DNA of 64,000 nucleotides from Neoechinorhynchus agilis (lineage: Eukaryota; Animalia; Acanthocephala), in the NCBI GenBank assembly GCA_051530055.1, contig CM121343.1, positions 3,380,389 through 3,444,388 on the forward strand, given 5' to 3'. Positions 39,316 through 50,406 of the stretch are shown here, piece after piece; position 1 is the first letter of the stretch; each line of letters begins with the position of its first letter. Under the pieces are notes generated by a model. That model did no database searches. It was given only the letters and a program-made list of their open reading frames with translations, and had not been told where the DNA came from. A program made the translations under genes and the position numbers.

Positions 39316-42300
39316 CTATGCAGTAAGGTTGTTTCTTGTTGTGCCAGTTGAGTATTTTATGGCTTTAAACAGGTCGTTTGAAATAATGTGTCCGATGCCA
39401 GGTTTTACGCATCTTAAGACCAATACCGGCTTCGGTGATTGTTCGATTCGATACAACAGACCAACACGGTTCCCTTGCTTAAATGTAATCAACGCAGCAC
39501 CATACAAAGATCCATCCGTCGAACTTCGCATCACACTCCAGCCGAATGATTTAAGCTGTTCATCGAGGTTCAGGCTAACGCAAACTCAGAATAACCTACC
39601 AATTTCTCAATAGCTACACCGCCCATTTCCGATACTTCAGTCTTGAACTCCTGCTCATGTCTAGTGTTCATAATAATGAGCAAAATGGCAACAGAAAAGA
39701 ATACCGACTTATCCAAATGATTCCACCTCGCGATGAATGCATCTTCGTTCATTGTCGCTGCATCAAAAAACTTGTTCAGGAATATCGGCAACCGGAATTC
39801 AACGTTGTCGGCCATTGGAGTTTGCTTTTTATTTGAAAGCCATTCGAAACGTAGTTTGGCCATAACTATTCTATTGAATGGCCCCTTCACTTCCAATGAG
39901 ATTGAGCACATTAATTGCTGGCCGGCTTCAATGGACTTTGGCAAGAAATTGGACCAGCGCACTTCTATTTCAGGCATTGCAGATTCGCCTTCTCGATTGG
40001 GCGATAGTTCAATCTGAACATTCTGCATAATATTTTTGGTTTTGTTACCGACGTATATAAAAAGCGTCCCATGCGACCCGTTATATTCATCCTTGTATCC
40101 AATTTGAACTTGGTAGTCTTCGTACAGAATTCCGAAATCTCGAACTGTGAACCTAAGATGATTAATCTGTTAAATATGCGATAAACCCACTTTTCACGTA
40201 CCTCTCGAAATCTCTTAGCAATACAGAATCACTAGTTTGTAATATGTCGAAATGTGACAAACTTGGCATAGTCTACTTTTCAACAAAATGAGATGATTAA
40301 CGTTGGCTGAATTGACATTTATCAAACGAGAAAATAAAGATTAATTCAATATTTCGTCCGGTTCTTCAGGTTGCTTCGCAAGTTCTTTAATATGCAAGTT
40401 CATGACATAAAATTAATCTTTATTTTCTCAATCACCAAATAAGAAATATCCATGGACAATTTTTTAGACAACTTTTTAAATCCAAAAATTCATTGCTTAA
40501 TAAGCAACAATCAATCGATTTTTTCTAAACAAAACTGCATTGAAATGTTCACCAAGTTTTTTTACAGCTCTCGGTTAACATTCTTGAGATGAAGGACCTT
40601 TAATAGCCAAATCCTACACGTCCAAAAGACAGTTTTATTAACCCATTAATTCTTCAAGGATTTCGAAAACGATCTTCACTGCAAATTAGTGAAAATGGAC
40701 CGTTTTTTCCGCGATTCTACAACTAACTTATGGCGTGTATTTTACTGAGACGTAAGTTATAAGTGAACAATTAAAACTAAGAAATGGTTTGAAGATCCAG
40801 AATTTTCCATTACTCACCTGCTTATTCGGTTTGTTTTTGACGTGCTTACCGAAAAGTTCGGTTAAGGACTCATCTAAAATAGGTTTTTCGTTTGTTTTGC
40901 TGGTGACTTTGGGTTCATTTGATCCATCAGTGATCGATTCGAATGGTGGCATTACATCGAGTATTGTAGCAAGCACTTCTTTTGAGCACGTTGAAGCCAT
41001 TACTGAATACTCTGCAGCTCGCTGTTGATTTTCGACATCAGGACTCTTCATGTTAATATCATTTCTGAATATTTCCTCAATTTCCGGCTTCAAATCTGGA
41101 TATAGATTAACAAATTTAAGGTAGGTCGACAGAAGTAAATTGCGAGTAGATTGACTGGTGTTCAAAAAGTGTTTTTGTAGTAACATGAGTTGAAGTCTTG
41201 AGTTGCTCTTTTGATCATTTTCGATATAGTTACCGAATTCACCTAAGATATAAGCTGCTATACATGAGACTCTCAATAAAAGAACATTGATTTGAAAGTC
41301 TCATGGTACTTTCACCATTGCATCATGAACGGGTTCCACTTGGAGATACTCAAAACACGTCTTCGCAGCGTAATTTTGAACAGTTTCATGAGACGAAACT
41401 ATTTGTACAACTCGGTGCCATACCTTTATAAATGAAAATTACAAGCATTCAAAAACGGAAACAATCATTGACACTAACTTCATCCGCGACGAACTCACCA
41501 GCTAATCGAATCAATTTCAGCATCGTGTCGATGTACCACGTATAATCAACGGTGTATTTTTCTGATAAAATCGATATTTTTAATGCCTAGACACCGTGCA
41601 CTCTAATATTCAATTCAGTGGCTACAAAATTTACCATTTCTTCCTTTAACTGATAATCACAATTAGCAAGGTAATCCAGCAAACGACCAACGACGAACTT
41701 CACATTTGATTTATCGCAAATCGCATAGAGTACATCGACTGCTTTACGCCTTACTGTCAAATCCTTCTCTGTCTTAAATTTGAGACAATAAAGCCACGAC
41801 GACTATAGTACAAAAAGAAACCTGAAGGGATTTCACGACCATATTTCGATGTGTTTTAACGACTTCTCTTGAATATTCGGACGTTGCCAAATGACAAAGA
41901 CTTTCCAAGGCCAAGTACCTAATATTTGTTGCGAGAAAAAATGAATTGTACAATATACGAACCGTAGATTAGTCTCCCTGTGCTCGAGGAAATGACCCAG
42001 TTGATTAGCACATCGAACAAGCAGAGTCGGCTCAGAATCCAAATGAATACAAAGACTGACTGCTTCGAAGAATACGGCATATCTTGCATTTGTATGTTGG
42101 ATTTTTTTAGATTTAGGTGGCTCCTGATTTCGAGACAAAATGCCCTCAATACAATCGACCAGTTTGTCTTTATCAACGGCGTCATTTGTGGCTGGGAAAT
42201 TCTGCAGTAACTTCATCAGTGCAACGCACAACCAAGGCGCAGGAATGAGGTAATAGAGGTAGTCTTGATAGTCATTAAAGTTCGCGTTTATAAGACGGTG

Positions 42301-43188
42301 CAATCGACTGATGGCAAGTGGCACCAAGGGTTTGAATGGAGCGGGAGATTCCTTGCAGAGACTATCAAGGAGACTCGTTGCAGCCGTCACAAGACCAAGA
42401 TGGTTGTTGTTGACCAGTTGCATTATCCGACTTAGAAAACTCGGATTCTTTTGAACGGTTTCTGGATACGTCCGAAGGATCTTCAAAAGAGCCAAGGCTG
42501 CACTTTGTTTAATCGCGTCCGTTGTAGTGCTATTGAAAATGTTTTAGGTGTGTGGCTCATTCGGGACCTCATAATTTACCCAGCGATAAGAAGCTTCCCG
42601 ACGGGTTCAGCGAATTCCTCGGCGATCTCGTTAGTGCAAATGTTTGCAATACATTGCAATGCTAGATTTTCAAATATTGGATTCTGGGATATAAGATCAT
42701 TGCGGATGTTATTTATAATCAGCTTATAAAGACTACTGTTTCGAGGAAGCATCACGCTTACAAATAAGTAACCCTTTAAAAAAAGAGAGTTGATTTTCAT
42801 GGAACGAAAAATTCGGACTCACTATTTGTTTCTCGGAGTATTTATTGGACGTGAGCAGATTTACCGCCTCCATGTAACCAAATTCGACTTCATGACCCAA
42901 CAAGAATATAAATAACAGTTTGCAAATGTACTTCTTTTTGGAGTATCCGTCAAGAACGATTTCACCTACAATTACTCATCAAAGCAAGTCCTCGTAACAA
43001 TGCTGAAGAACCTTTAAATTTCGACCGGATATTCGCTAATTCCTTATTAACGCGTTTACACTCAGCCTCTTTACTCTTACCTTTGAAAACGAGAGGATTA
43101 AACGAAAAAACCAAACTTACGTACAATTTCGAATATCGGAAATAAAGACCGATAGTCCACGCATTCCGTCGCCTTTTATACTCGGCAT
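39316..43188 (-). CDS. AP2A: AP-2 complex alpha subunit (alpha-adaptin)
   Basis: [75 protein letters not shown], appendage QIGYK...GNKT and [10 protein letters not shown]. 12 canonical introns traced plus one non-canonical insert. Confidence 0.97.
41260..41307 (-). other. TA-bounded hairpin insert in AP2A (candidate non-canonical intron), 48 nt
   Basis: 13/14 stem CATGAGACTTTCAA/TTGAGAGTCTCATG. Removal gives [16 protein letters not shown]; no in-frame GT-AG solution found. Confidence 0.85.
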
Positions 43189-43943
43189 TCCTCAAGAACC
43201 TTTGATCAGCAAGGACACGTCTACGGTTCAACGAGAATCCTTTATTACCCTTTTTAGAAATTCACTTCAGCATTTCGTCATTAACCACGAAAGAATGTTA
43301 GTCGATTCAAAATTGTTTAAAACCGTCTTATTGGTGGGTTTGTGCGCGTTGTCAAATCAGAATTTTCATTGTTTACGCCTTTAATCTAGAGTGAGACGCG
43401 GTGGCCGTTCGCCAAACACCCACAATTAACATTTGCAACGTCAGTTTTTTCACCAATGCTGAAACGTTTTTTTGGGAAATTATCTTTGGTATTTTGTCTA
43501 GTGTTTTTCGGACTTCCTCATCAGTTGCATTACTTCATTTCTACTAAACCGAAATTTGATGATGGGTTATTTTAATGTGGTTGGCTGTTACCTAATTATG
43601 ACAGCCAATGGCGTTTGTGAAGAAATTTTTATAAGGGATGATCATTAATTTTTTGACCTCAAAACATTTCTTCTTTCCGAATAAGATAATATCGTAAATT
43701 ATTGAAGTGTCGGAAGCAACGAAGCTCAAAAAATCTAAGCCATCGTAGAACATTGTTCAGACGTATATTTTAGCCGAACGCTTGAGATATTTGAGCATAA
43801 AGCCTCGTATTATTGTTGTCAATAAAAATAATGACAGAATTCTTCTATTTGCTCAGATTATGTAAACCCACATATTTCTTCTTTTTTGCATGAAATTTAA
43901 GGTTGGATTGATTAAAAAATTGGAAATGAGTTGAATTGCTTGC

Positions 43944-44149
43944 GTCGAGACACTCGGTTCGTTTGTTACCGCGGCGCAGGAACTGGTCAATCAATTGTCT
44001 AAAAGAGATTGAGACGAATCACGGGCGATCCGAGATCAGGAGCATTCCTCCTACAAAACATAAGTCTGATTCTGCATCACGGGGAACGCTGCCCCTGTTC
44101 ATTCCGCCATTTCACCAGGATGGCAGCCAAGTGATACAGAGCGGTGGTG
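43944..44149 (+). mobile_element. 3' fragment of CRE-like non-LTR retrotransposon
   Basis: Near-identical to 47925-48121 (VETLGSFVTAAQELVNQLSKR). Confidence 0.85.
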
Positions 44150-45188
44150 CAAAAATGTTGGTAGGATTTAGTCGTTTAATTTATAAATGCACTCTGCTAT
44201 ACACGAATGTTTCATTATTTAATGCTTTAATTGATGAAGTATCTTTCGTTTGGTCGTATTTGTCACTCATTTTTAAGTATAATTTATTTCTAAAGCTGAC
44301 AAGCTAGAGGGAAAGTTATTCAACAGCGACATTGCTTTAATTCCTGGTAAGCAAACCCTACAGGTTTATTTTTTGCCGTATTAATATTTGAAAATATCAC
44401 GTATACACTTATTGGTCACCTTAAAATCTTCCCTTTTTTAGTATCATCGACTTATCTGACTCACAAACCTTAAAAACATCGAAGCTTACGGAGATACATG
44501 CTAATGAGTAGCATAGAGGTAATAGCGATTTGATCATTTAATCGGAAAATTAAGCTATCGTTTTTGAAATATTATCTAATCAACCAATTGTTCGAAATCC
44601 TAAATAAGCGTATAAATCGTAGCGAATTGATGGGTTTTTAAATCTAATCTCAGATGTTTCTATGTGCCACAATAATGTCGATAAAATCAAAAAATATTTA
44701 CTCGATATCATTCCCGAATCTTTCTAATGATTGTTTAGCAAGTAAAAAAATTGAAGATTGGAACAAAAGCTGATAAAATTGTTCGCAGATTTGAATTCGA
44801 GCCAAAGAGAGAACAATCGACCAATTTACTGCCTAGAGATTTTTTCGATGATTCAATTAAAGGAACAAAGGTTAGCGCGAGATTTTGTGATCGATAGGGC
44901 ATTCATGGTACATCCAGCAAATGGATTATAACGACCGAATGAAGTCAATGATTAATGAATTCAACTCAAATGTCGAAAAAGATATTGAGGTGCGTATAGT
45001 GTATTAATGAAGATCACTGCAATATTATCGATTTAGTCTTTATTAACATCTTACACTTTCTAATTTATATTTTCAGATCGGTGTCATTTTTTAAATAATA
45101 TTTTTGAACAAAAAATTCTTTGGTTCTCGTATTTTATTGACAATGCACTCCGATAATTGTTATTCTAACAGCTTAAGGTCCAGAGAAA

Positions 45189-45572
45189 CTAAATCTGTGG
45201 CAAAAATACCCGTCGTTTAGGCAAGAACTAGAAGATGCTTCCATGAGTATTAATTTTTTGTTCGTGAGGAACATAATTCACATTTTGATAAATTTAATGT
45301 ACTTTGGAAGCGATTCTAAGCTTTGTGATTACAGCAGTCAATATTGTTAACAAATTTGACTAGAAATCTAATTGATTTCACTAAATCTGTGGCAAAAATA
45401 CCCGTCGTTTAGGCAAGAACTAGAAGATGCTTCCATGAGTATTAATTTTTTGTTCGTGAGGAATAGAATTCACATTTTGATAAATTTAATGTACTTTGGA
45501 AGCGATTCTAAGCTTTGTGATTACAGCAGTCAATATTGTTAACAAATTTGACTAGAAATCTAATTGATTTCA
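45189..45572. repeat. 192-bp direct tandem duplication
   Basis: CTAAATCTGTGGCAAAAATACCCG at 45189 and 45381. Confidence 0.92.
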
Positions 45573-46624
45573 CAAAATTTGACACGATCAAATTTCTTTG
45601 TTTAGCAAGCCGATGAGATTCGAGAAGTGGAATTCAATACTAGAGCCGAAGATCAGATAATTAGCGAAACTGACCGATTAATGTAACATTTATTTCTAAT
45701 CGGCACGTTTATCATTCATTTCTTAGCAAAAAGTGGAGCACCATTCAGCAAATTCATGATATAAAGGATGGACTTGTCATAGAACCTTCAAACAACGTCG
45801 ATCAAATCCATGATCAAAGCAATGCATCTGAGGACGATGACATTGTCTCAGACTCTGATTTGGATGATTTGTTCTATTGGAGGCAATGCACTTAGTTTAA
45901 AAAATACAATTTTAACTGTTTATATAATTATTTCGATTTATTTGATTGGTCTAATGACACCAAGCGTTCCCCATAGAAATAATCGTCTAAACTAGGAGGC
46001 ATGTTGTAAAATTAGCGTCTTTGCGTATTTATGAGCGCTCGAATCCATGGAATCATCGACGAATATCCCATTATCTACATGGAGAACACCATTTATCAGT
46101 TATTCCGAGGGTCCTTTTTGGAGCATTTTATACTCAATCGCTTATATCGATCCATGATCCGAGCATTCATTGAGCGACATTGGCGACTGTCGGAAGTGAC
46201 TTGGCAACACAATTTAATTTGCCGATAGGAAGATCATCCTTTTTATTAGGTTCATTATATATCTTTTTTGCAGACGTTAGGCCTCAGTACTTTCTTTATA
46301 TGGAATATTTGTTAATAGATATCGAGCTTCGTTCTATGCGGTTACAAGTAAAAAGAGGGCGAAATATTATGATCATGCGCTTCAATTAGTACTTTTAAAA
46401 TCTTTCCTCGAGGTCTCAAATGAAACAATTGAAAATGTCAGGAAAACATCAGCCGGATAAGTAGTTTATTTTTCGAATCTGTTGATTTTCTCACAAAAGC
46501 ACTCCATTCAATGGTCCTAATTGAAATAAATTGAAAATGCATACCTTTTTAATCCAAAGATGATCTTTAAAATCCTTCTGCGCATCCTGATGAGAAATTC
46601 TTGGCGATAACACGCCTTTTATTT

Positions 46625-48160
46625 TCTCCACTCCAGCTTTAACGGCTAATACCTGGATGATGGCACGCTCGGAGGTAATCCTTCTGTAGTACTGCGCAAT
46701 TTGGAGATAATTATGGAGACGGCAAAAATTGGAATTCAATTAAATGCTACGAAATGCGAGATTTTAGTGATGAACGTGGAAGATGAGGGGTCCAGGCAAA
46801 CTATCGTGAAAGATTTTCAGAATCTGGCTCCCGAGATAGAACTGATAGCTCTAGACCGGATGATTCTGTTAGGAAGCTGCATTTTGGGTTCTAAGATTGA
46901 AGCAGAGATTGCTAATCTTCAATCGCAACTTTCGGTTCTGTGCGAACAAGTTGATGAATTATCCTCACACGAGGCTCTGTTCCTGATCAAGAACACCCTT
47001 TTTATTCCAAAATTGCTGTATAAGCTGCGCACAACGCCCTTTTTTAGACATAAGGATAAGCTGGCAAAATTAGACGAGACGGTGAAAGCCTCTCTCTAGA
47101 AATTTTTTAATATTCAGCTGTCGGGTGAGGCCTGCCGTCAAGCGCTCTTGCCTTATTCGAAAAGCAGCCGATATTTCTCTGCCAGCTTATTTGGGGTCGT
47201 ATGAAGCAAGCCATAAAGTAGTTCAATCCTTTCTTGGCGAGAATTACATTTTGGTTGAAGATTTAGAGGAGGCTCTTAATCTTTGGTGTGAAGATTCAGG
47301 CAGCGAGCACGTACCCGTCAATGGTTGCAAACAATCAGTTTGAGACTCACCTCTGTTAACGAGAATTCAGAGCTCTTTAATTTCAGATTCTCGCGACCTG
47401 GTGAACCGAATTCGATTGGTGGCAGTCTCTACAAGATAATCGGGGGCTTGGTTGAACGCTATCCCAATCGCTTCTGTGGGTACCCACCGACGAGACAGTA
47501 AGGATTGCAGTGTCCCTGCGACTTGGGGTACCGATGTGCACATCCCATCGCTGCCGTTAAGGAGCGACCGTGGAACCATCGGGACGCCATGGTCTCGTCT
47601 GTCGGCAACCAGGCGGAAGGTACTCACGAGACGCCGAGGTGAACGAAATTCTTAGTCGTGCTCTGAATACTGTGAATGCTCCCAACATCCTAGAGCCGAA
47701 CAATCTTCGCCGACTCAATGGTCGCCGTACACCGGACGGTGTCACAATATTCCCATGGTGAGGGAAGGCAAATGCCTTCTCTGAGACGCCACGCTCTCAG
47801 CCAACAACATAAAATTCGTTACTATTAAACCGGAGGGGAACAGCAAACGCCGCTGAGAACCGCAAAAGGATTAAATACAGGGACCTGAGTGAAAATCATT
47901 GTTTCGTTCCCTTTGTCTTCAAGACATTCGGTTCGTTTGTTACCGCGGCGCAGGAACTGGTCAATCAATTGTCCAAGAGATTGAGACGAATCACGGGCGA
48001 TCCGAGATCAGGAGCATTCCTCCTACAAAACATAAGTCTGATTCTGCAGCACGGGGAACGCTGCCCCTGTTCATTCCGCCATTTCACCAGGATGGCAGCC
48101 AAGTGATACAGAGCGGTGGTGTGAATGTTTGTAAATATTTTTTTGTCAAAGAATAAAAAT
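46625..48160 (+). mobile_element. 5'-truncated, decayed non-LTR retrotransposon with RT and restriction-like endonuclease (CRE-like)
   Basis: YLDDGTLGG, GIQLNATKCEI, GAWLNAIP, CxC..H..C knuckle (HRCR*G...GRHGLVC), RDAEVNEIL, PDGVTIFPW, FVPFVFKTFG, TGDPRSGAFLLQNISL. Several stops and frameshifts. Confidence 0.88.
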
Positions 48161-48549
48161 AAGTTTAAAGCAACTTATCAAATTTATTTATATGCAAGAA
48201 ATTCTCAGAGAACATAATTTAATCCATTCCCCATGTTTAAATAATTGAACAATAAGTTTGCATATCGAAAGTCGTGGTTAAGACGGTCCATAGACTTCAT
48301 CGATTAAGCGTTTTCCCGTGCGTCGTAAAGTTCTGAGACGAACTTGAGCTTTGTATGTTGAATTGATGATATTGTTGATTATCATCTTCCTAACGAACAA
48401 ATGATCAATCTTTGAAACGACATTGGCCAATTTTATATGGAAAATGACATTAATAAAACGTGTGAAGAATTATGATAAATTAAATGATTCGTTGTACATT
48501 TATCTGCAAATCAGATTTTAATTGAAAAAAATTAATTGCACAAATCACT

Positions 48550-50358
48550 ATGGTAACCGGACTACTTAGAGAAGAGCGAACACCTAAAAAAGCAGTAAAG
48601 ATGGTTAATAATTTCCGTAGATTCACCAATTTAAAAGCTTGGAATATTTTCACCGGTGATGTAATAGCATTTTAACTTTAATTCTCGATGCACCAAATAA
48701 TCGATTTTAGAGTCAAAGCGAAAGCAGCTCTGACAGCGATAGCAGTTACTTTTTGGAGAAGGACACCGCTGAATGTATACAACAAGCAGAAAAATTCTTC
48801 AAAAAGAATGACATAAATCAAATCGCTTTTGACGTAAAAAAATTGGCAAAACACGGGGGAAATGAAACTTTTCCAATGGTAAAGAAACATTTCTTTTAAA
48901 CAAAATCTACGATCTCTCACCTTAACAGTTGGCGTTTAAGATATTTGAGGCAACCAATCTAATTGACGATTTCGAAATAGACGAAAACAAGTTATATTCT
49001 TGTCTTAAGGAACTGCAAGCAACCTACAAGAACAATAATTATCATTCTTTTCTTCATGGAGCGGATGTTTTGCATCAGTGCTATCTTTTAACGGTTCATT
49101 TGTCCGGTAAGTAAAAAAAATTATCTGATTGAATTCATTGTCAACGAGACCTGAAGAAGATTCCTCTGAACAACTGGACGATGAATCAACCGATGAGGAA
49201 CAAAGCGTGAAGTCCAGGTTCACAAATCTAGAACTTTTATCTCTGTTCATCTCAGCGTTGATGCATGATGCCGGCCATCCTGGATGCATGAACAATTTTC
49301 TTATTAAGAAGCGCGATCCATTGGTAAATAATCGTTAAAATTTTAATTTAAATGAAATCACGATTGCGTTGCAAAATTCTTGTTTCACAATCTTTTAGCC
49401 AAATAAAAAAGTGACTCAATAACCTGAAAACTTTTAAATCTGGCCACTATATTAATTATCTATTTTTCTTTGTAATTTGAGAGATTATACACTTAACCTT
49501 CGACTAAAAGATCGCTTTAATTTAGGCAATTAAGTAAGATCCGCAGTCCTTGGTCATGGCGGTTTTCTCCTCTAAGTACTGTCCAAGGATTGACGGCTCA
49601 AATAACGATTCTTCAATCCTTGAAAATTACCATATCGCCCTCGGATGGGAGGTTCTACAACGTCCAGGAAACAATTTTCTTCATAGATCAAGCGAAAAGG
49701 AATTTAATGAGTTTAAGAAGAATACCATCGAAATTATTTTAGCCACTGATGTTAGCGGCCATAAGGCAGCTGTAGAAGATTTCAAGGCAAAGGTAAATTT
49801 TGGAACTATTTTTTAACGAGAAAATATTGCTTTTTTAGCATTATAAAGATGGGATGTTCAAAAATAATTTCGATTGGAAATCGAAACAAAATCGACTTGA
49901 TATGCTAAAAATGACAATAAGGATGGCGGATGGAGGGACGCCATGCAAACCATGGAACATTTATCAAAGATGGGCAAAGGCCGTACAAGAAGAATTTTAT
50001 CTCCAGGTATTGTTAATTTCTCACTGATTTTAACATTAGGAAAACCTCACAATGTTTTAACACTTTACAGGGCGATGAAGAAAAAAAATTAGGTATTGAT
50101 GTCACACCGAATTGCGATAGAAGGCGAGTGAATGAATTGGAAGTTCAAATAAAGTTTATCAAGTTTTCAACTTTACCAATCTTGGAAATTCTTACCGACG
50201 CTCGAGCTCTGCGACCCGTTTCATTTGAAAAGGATGCCATAAAAGACTGGAAAAGAAAAGAAATTGAATTTAGACATAATCTGATGGCCAACCTGACTAA
50301 ACTCGAAGGACTAACAAAAAAGGGTCAGAAATTACCACGAGGGTGGTGTTTTAAATAA
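48550..50358 (+). CDS. Class I cyclic-nucleotide phosphodiesterase (start tentative)
   Basis: NNYHSFLHGADV, ALMHDAGHPG, SSILENYH, IILATD, MADGGTPCKPW, EEFYLQGDEEK, EVQIKFI. Six canonical introns plus insert 49536-49601. Confidence 0.93.
49536..49601 (+). other. Hairpin insert in PDE (candidate non-canonical intron), 66 nt
   Basis: Imperfect 16-17 bp stem 49538-53 / 49583-99; in-frame TAA at 49535. Removal gives DPLAIKYNDSSILENYH. Confidence 0.75.
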
Positions 50359-50406
50359 ATGATTTTTCTGGAACCCAGCAAATTTGAATTGAGAATGTTG
50401 ATTAGA

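Larger units (their letters stand above)
43425..49419 (+). repeat. Segmental duplication, copy A (partner 61981-64000+)
   Basis: 43425-44149 and about 47925-49419 match 61981-64000 with only scattered substitutions; offsets 18556 and 14581. Confidence 0.95.

Noticed and set aside
46647-47784. Alternative genetic code (TGA=Trp)
   Set aside because: Host genes use TGG for Trp and TGA as stop; the stops occur only in a decayed element that also has frameshifts.
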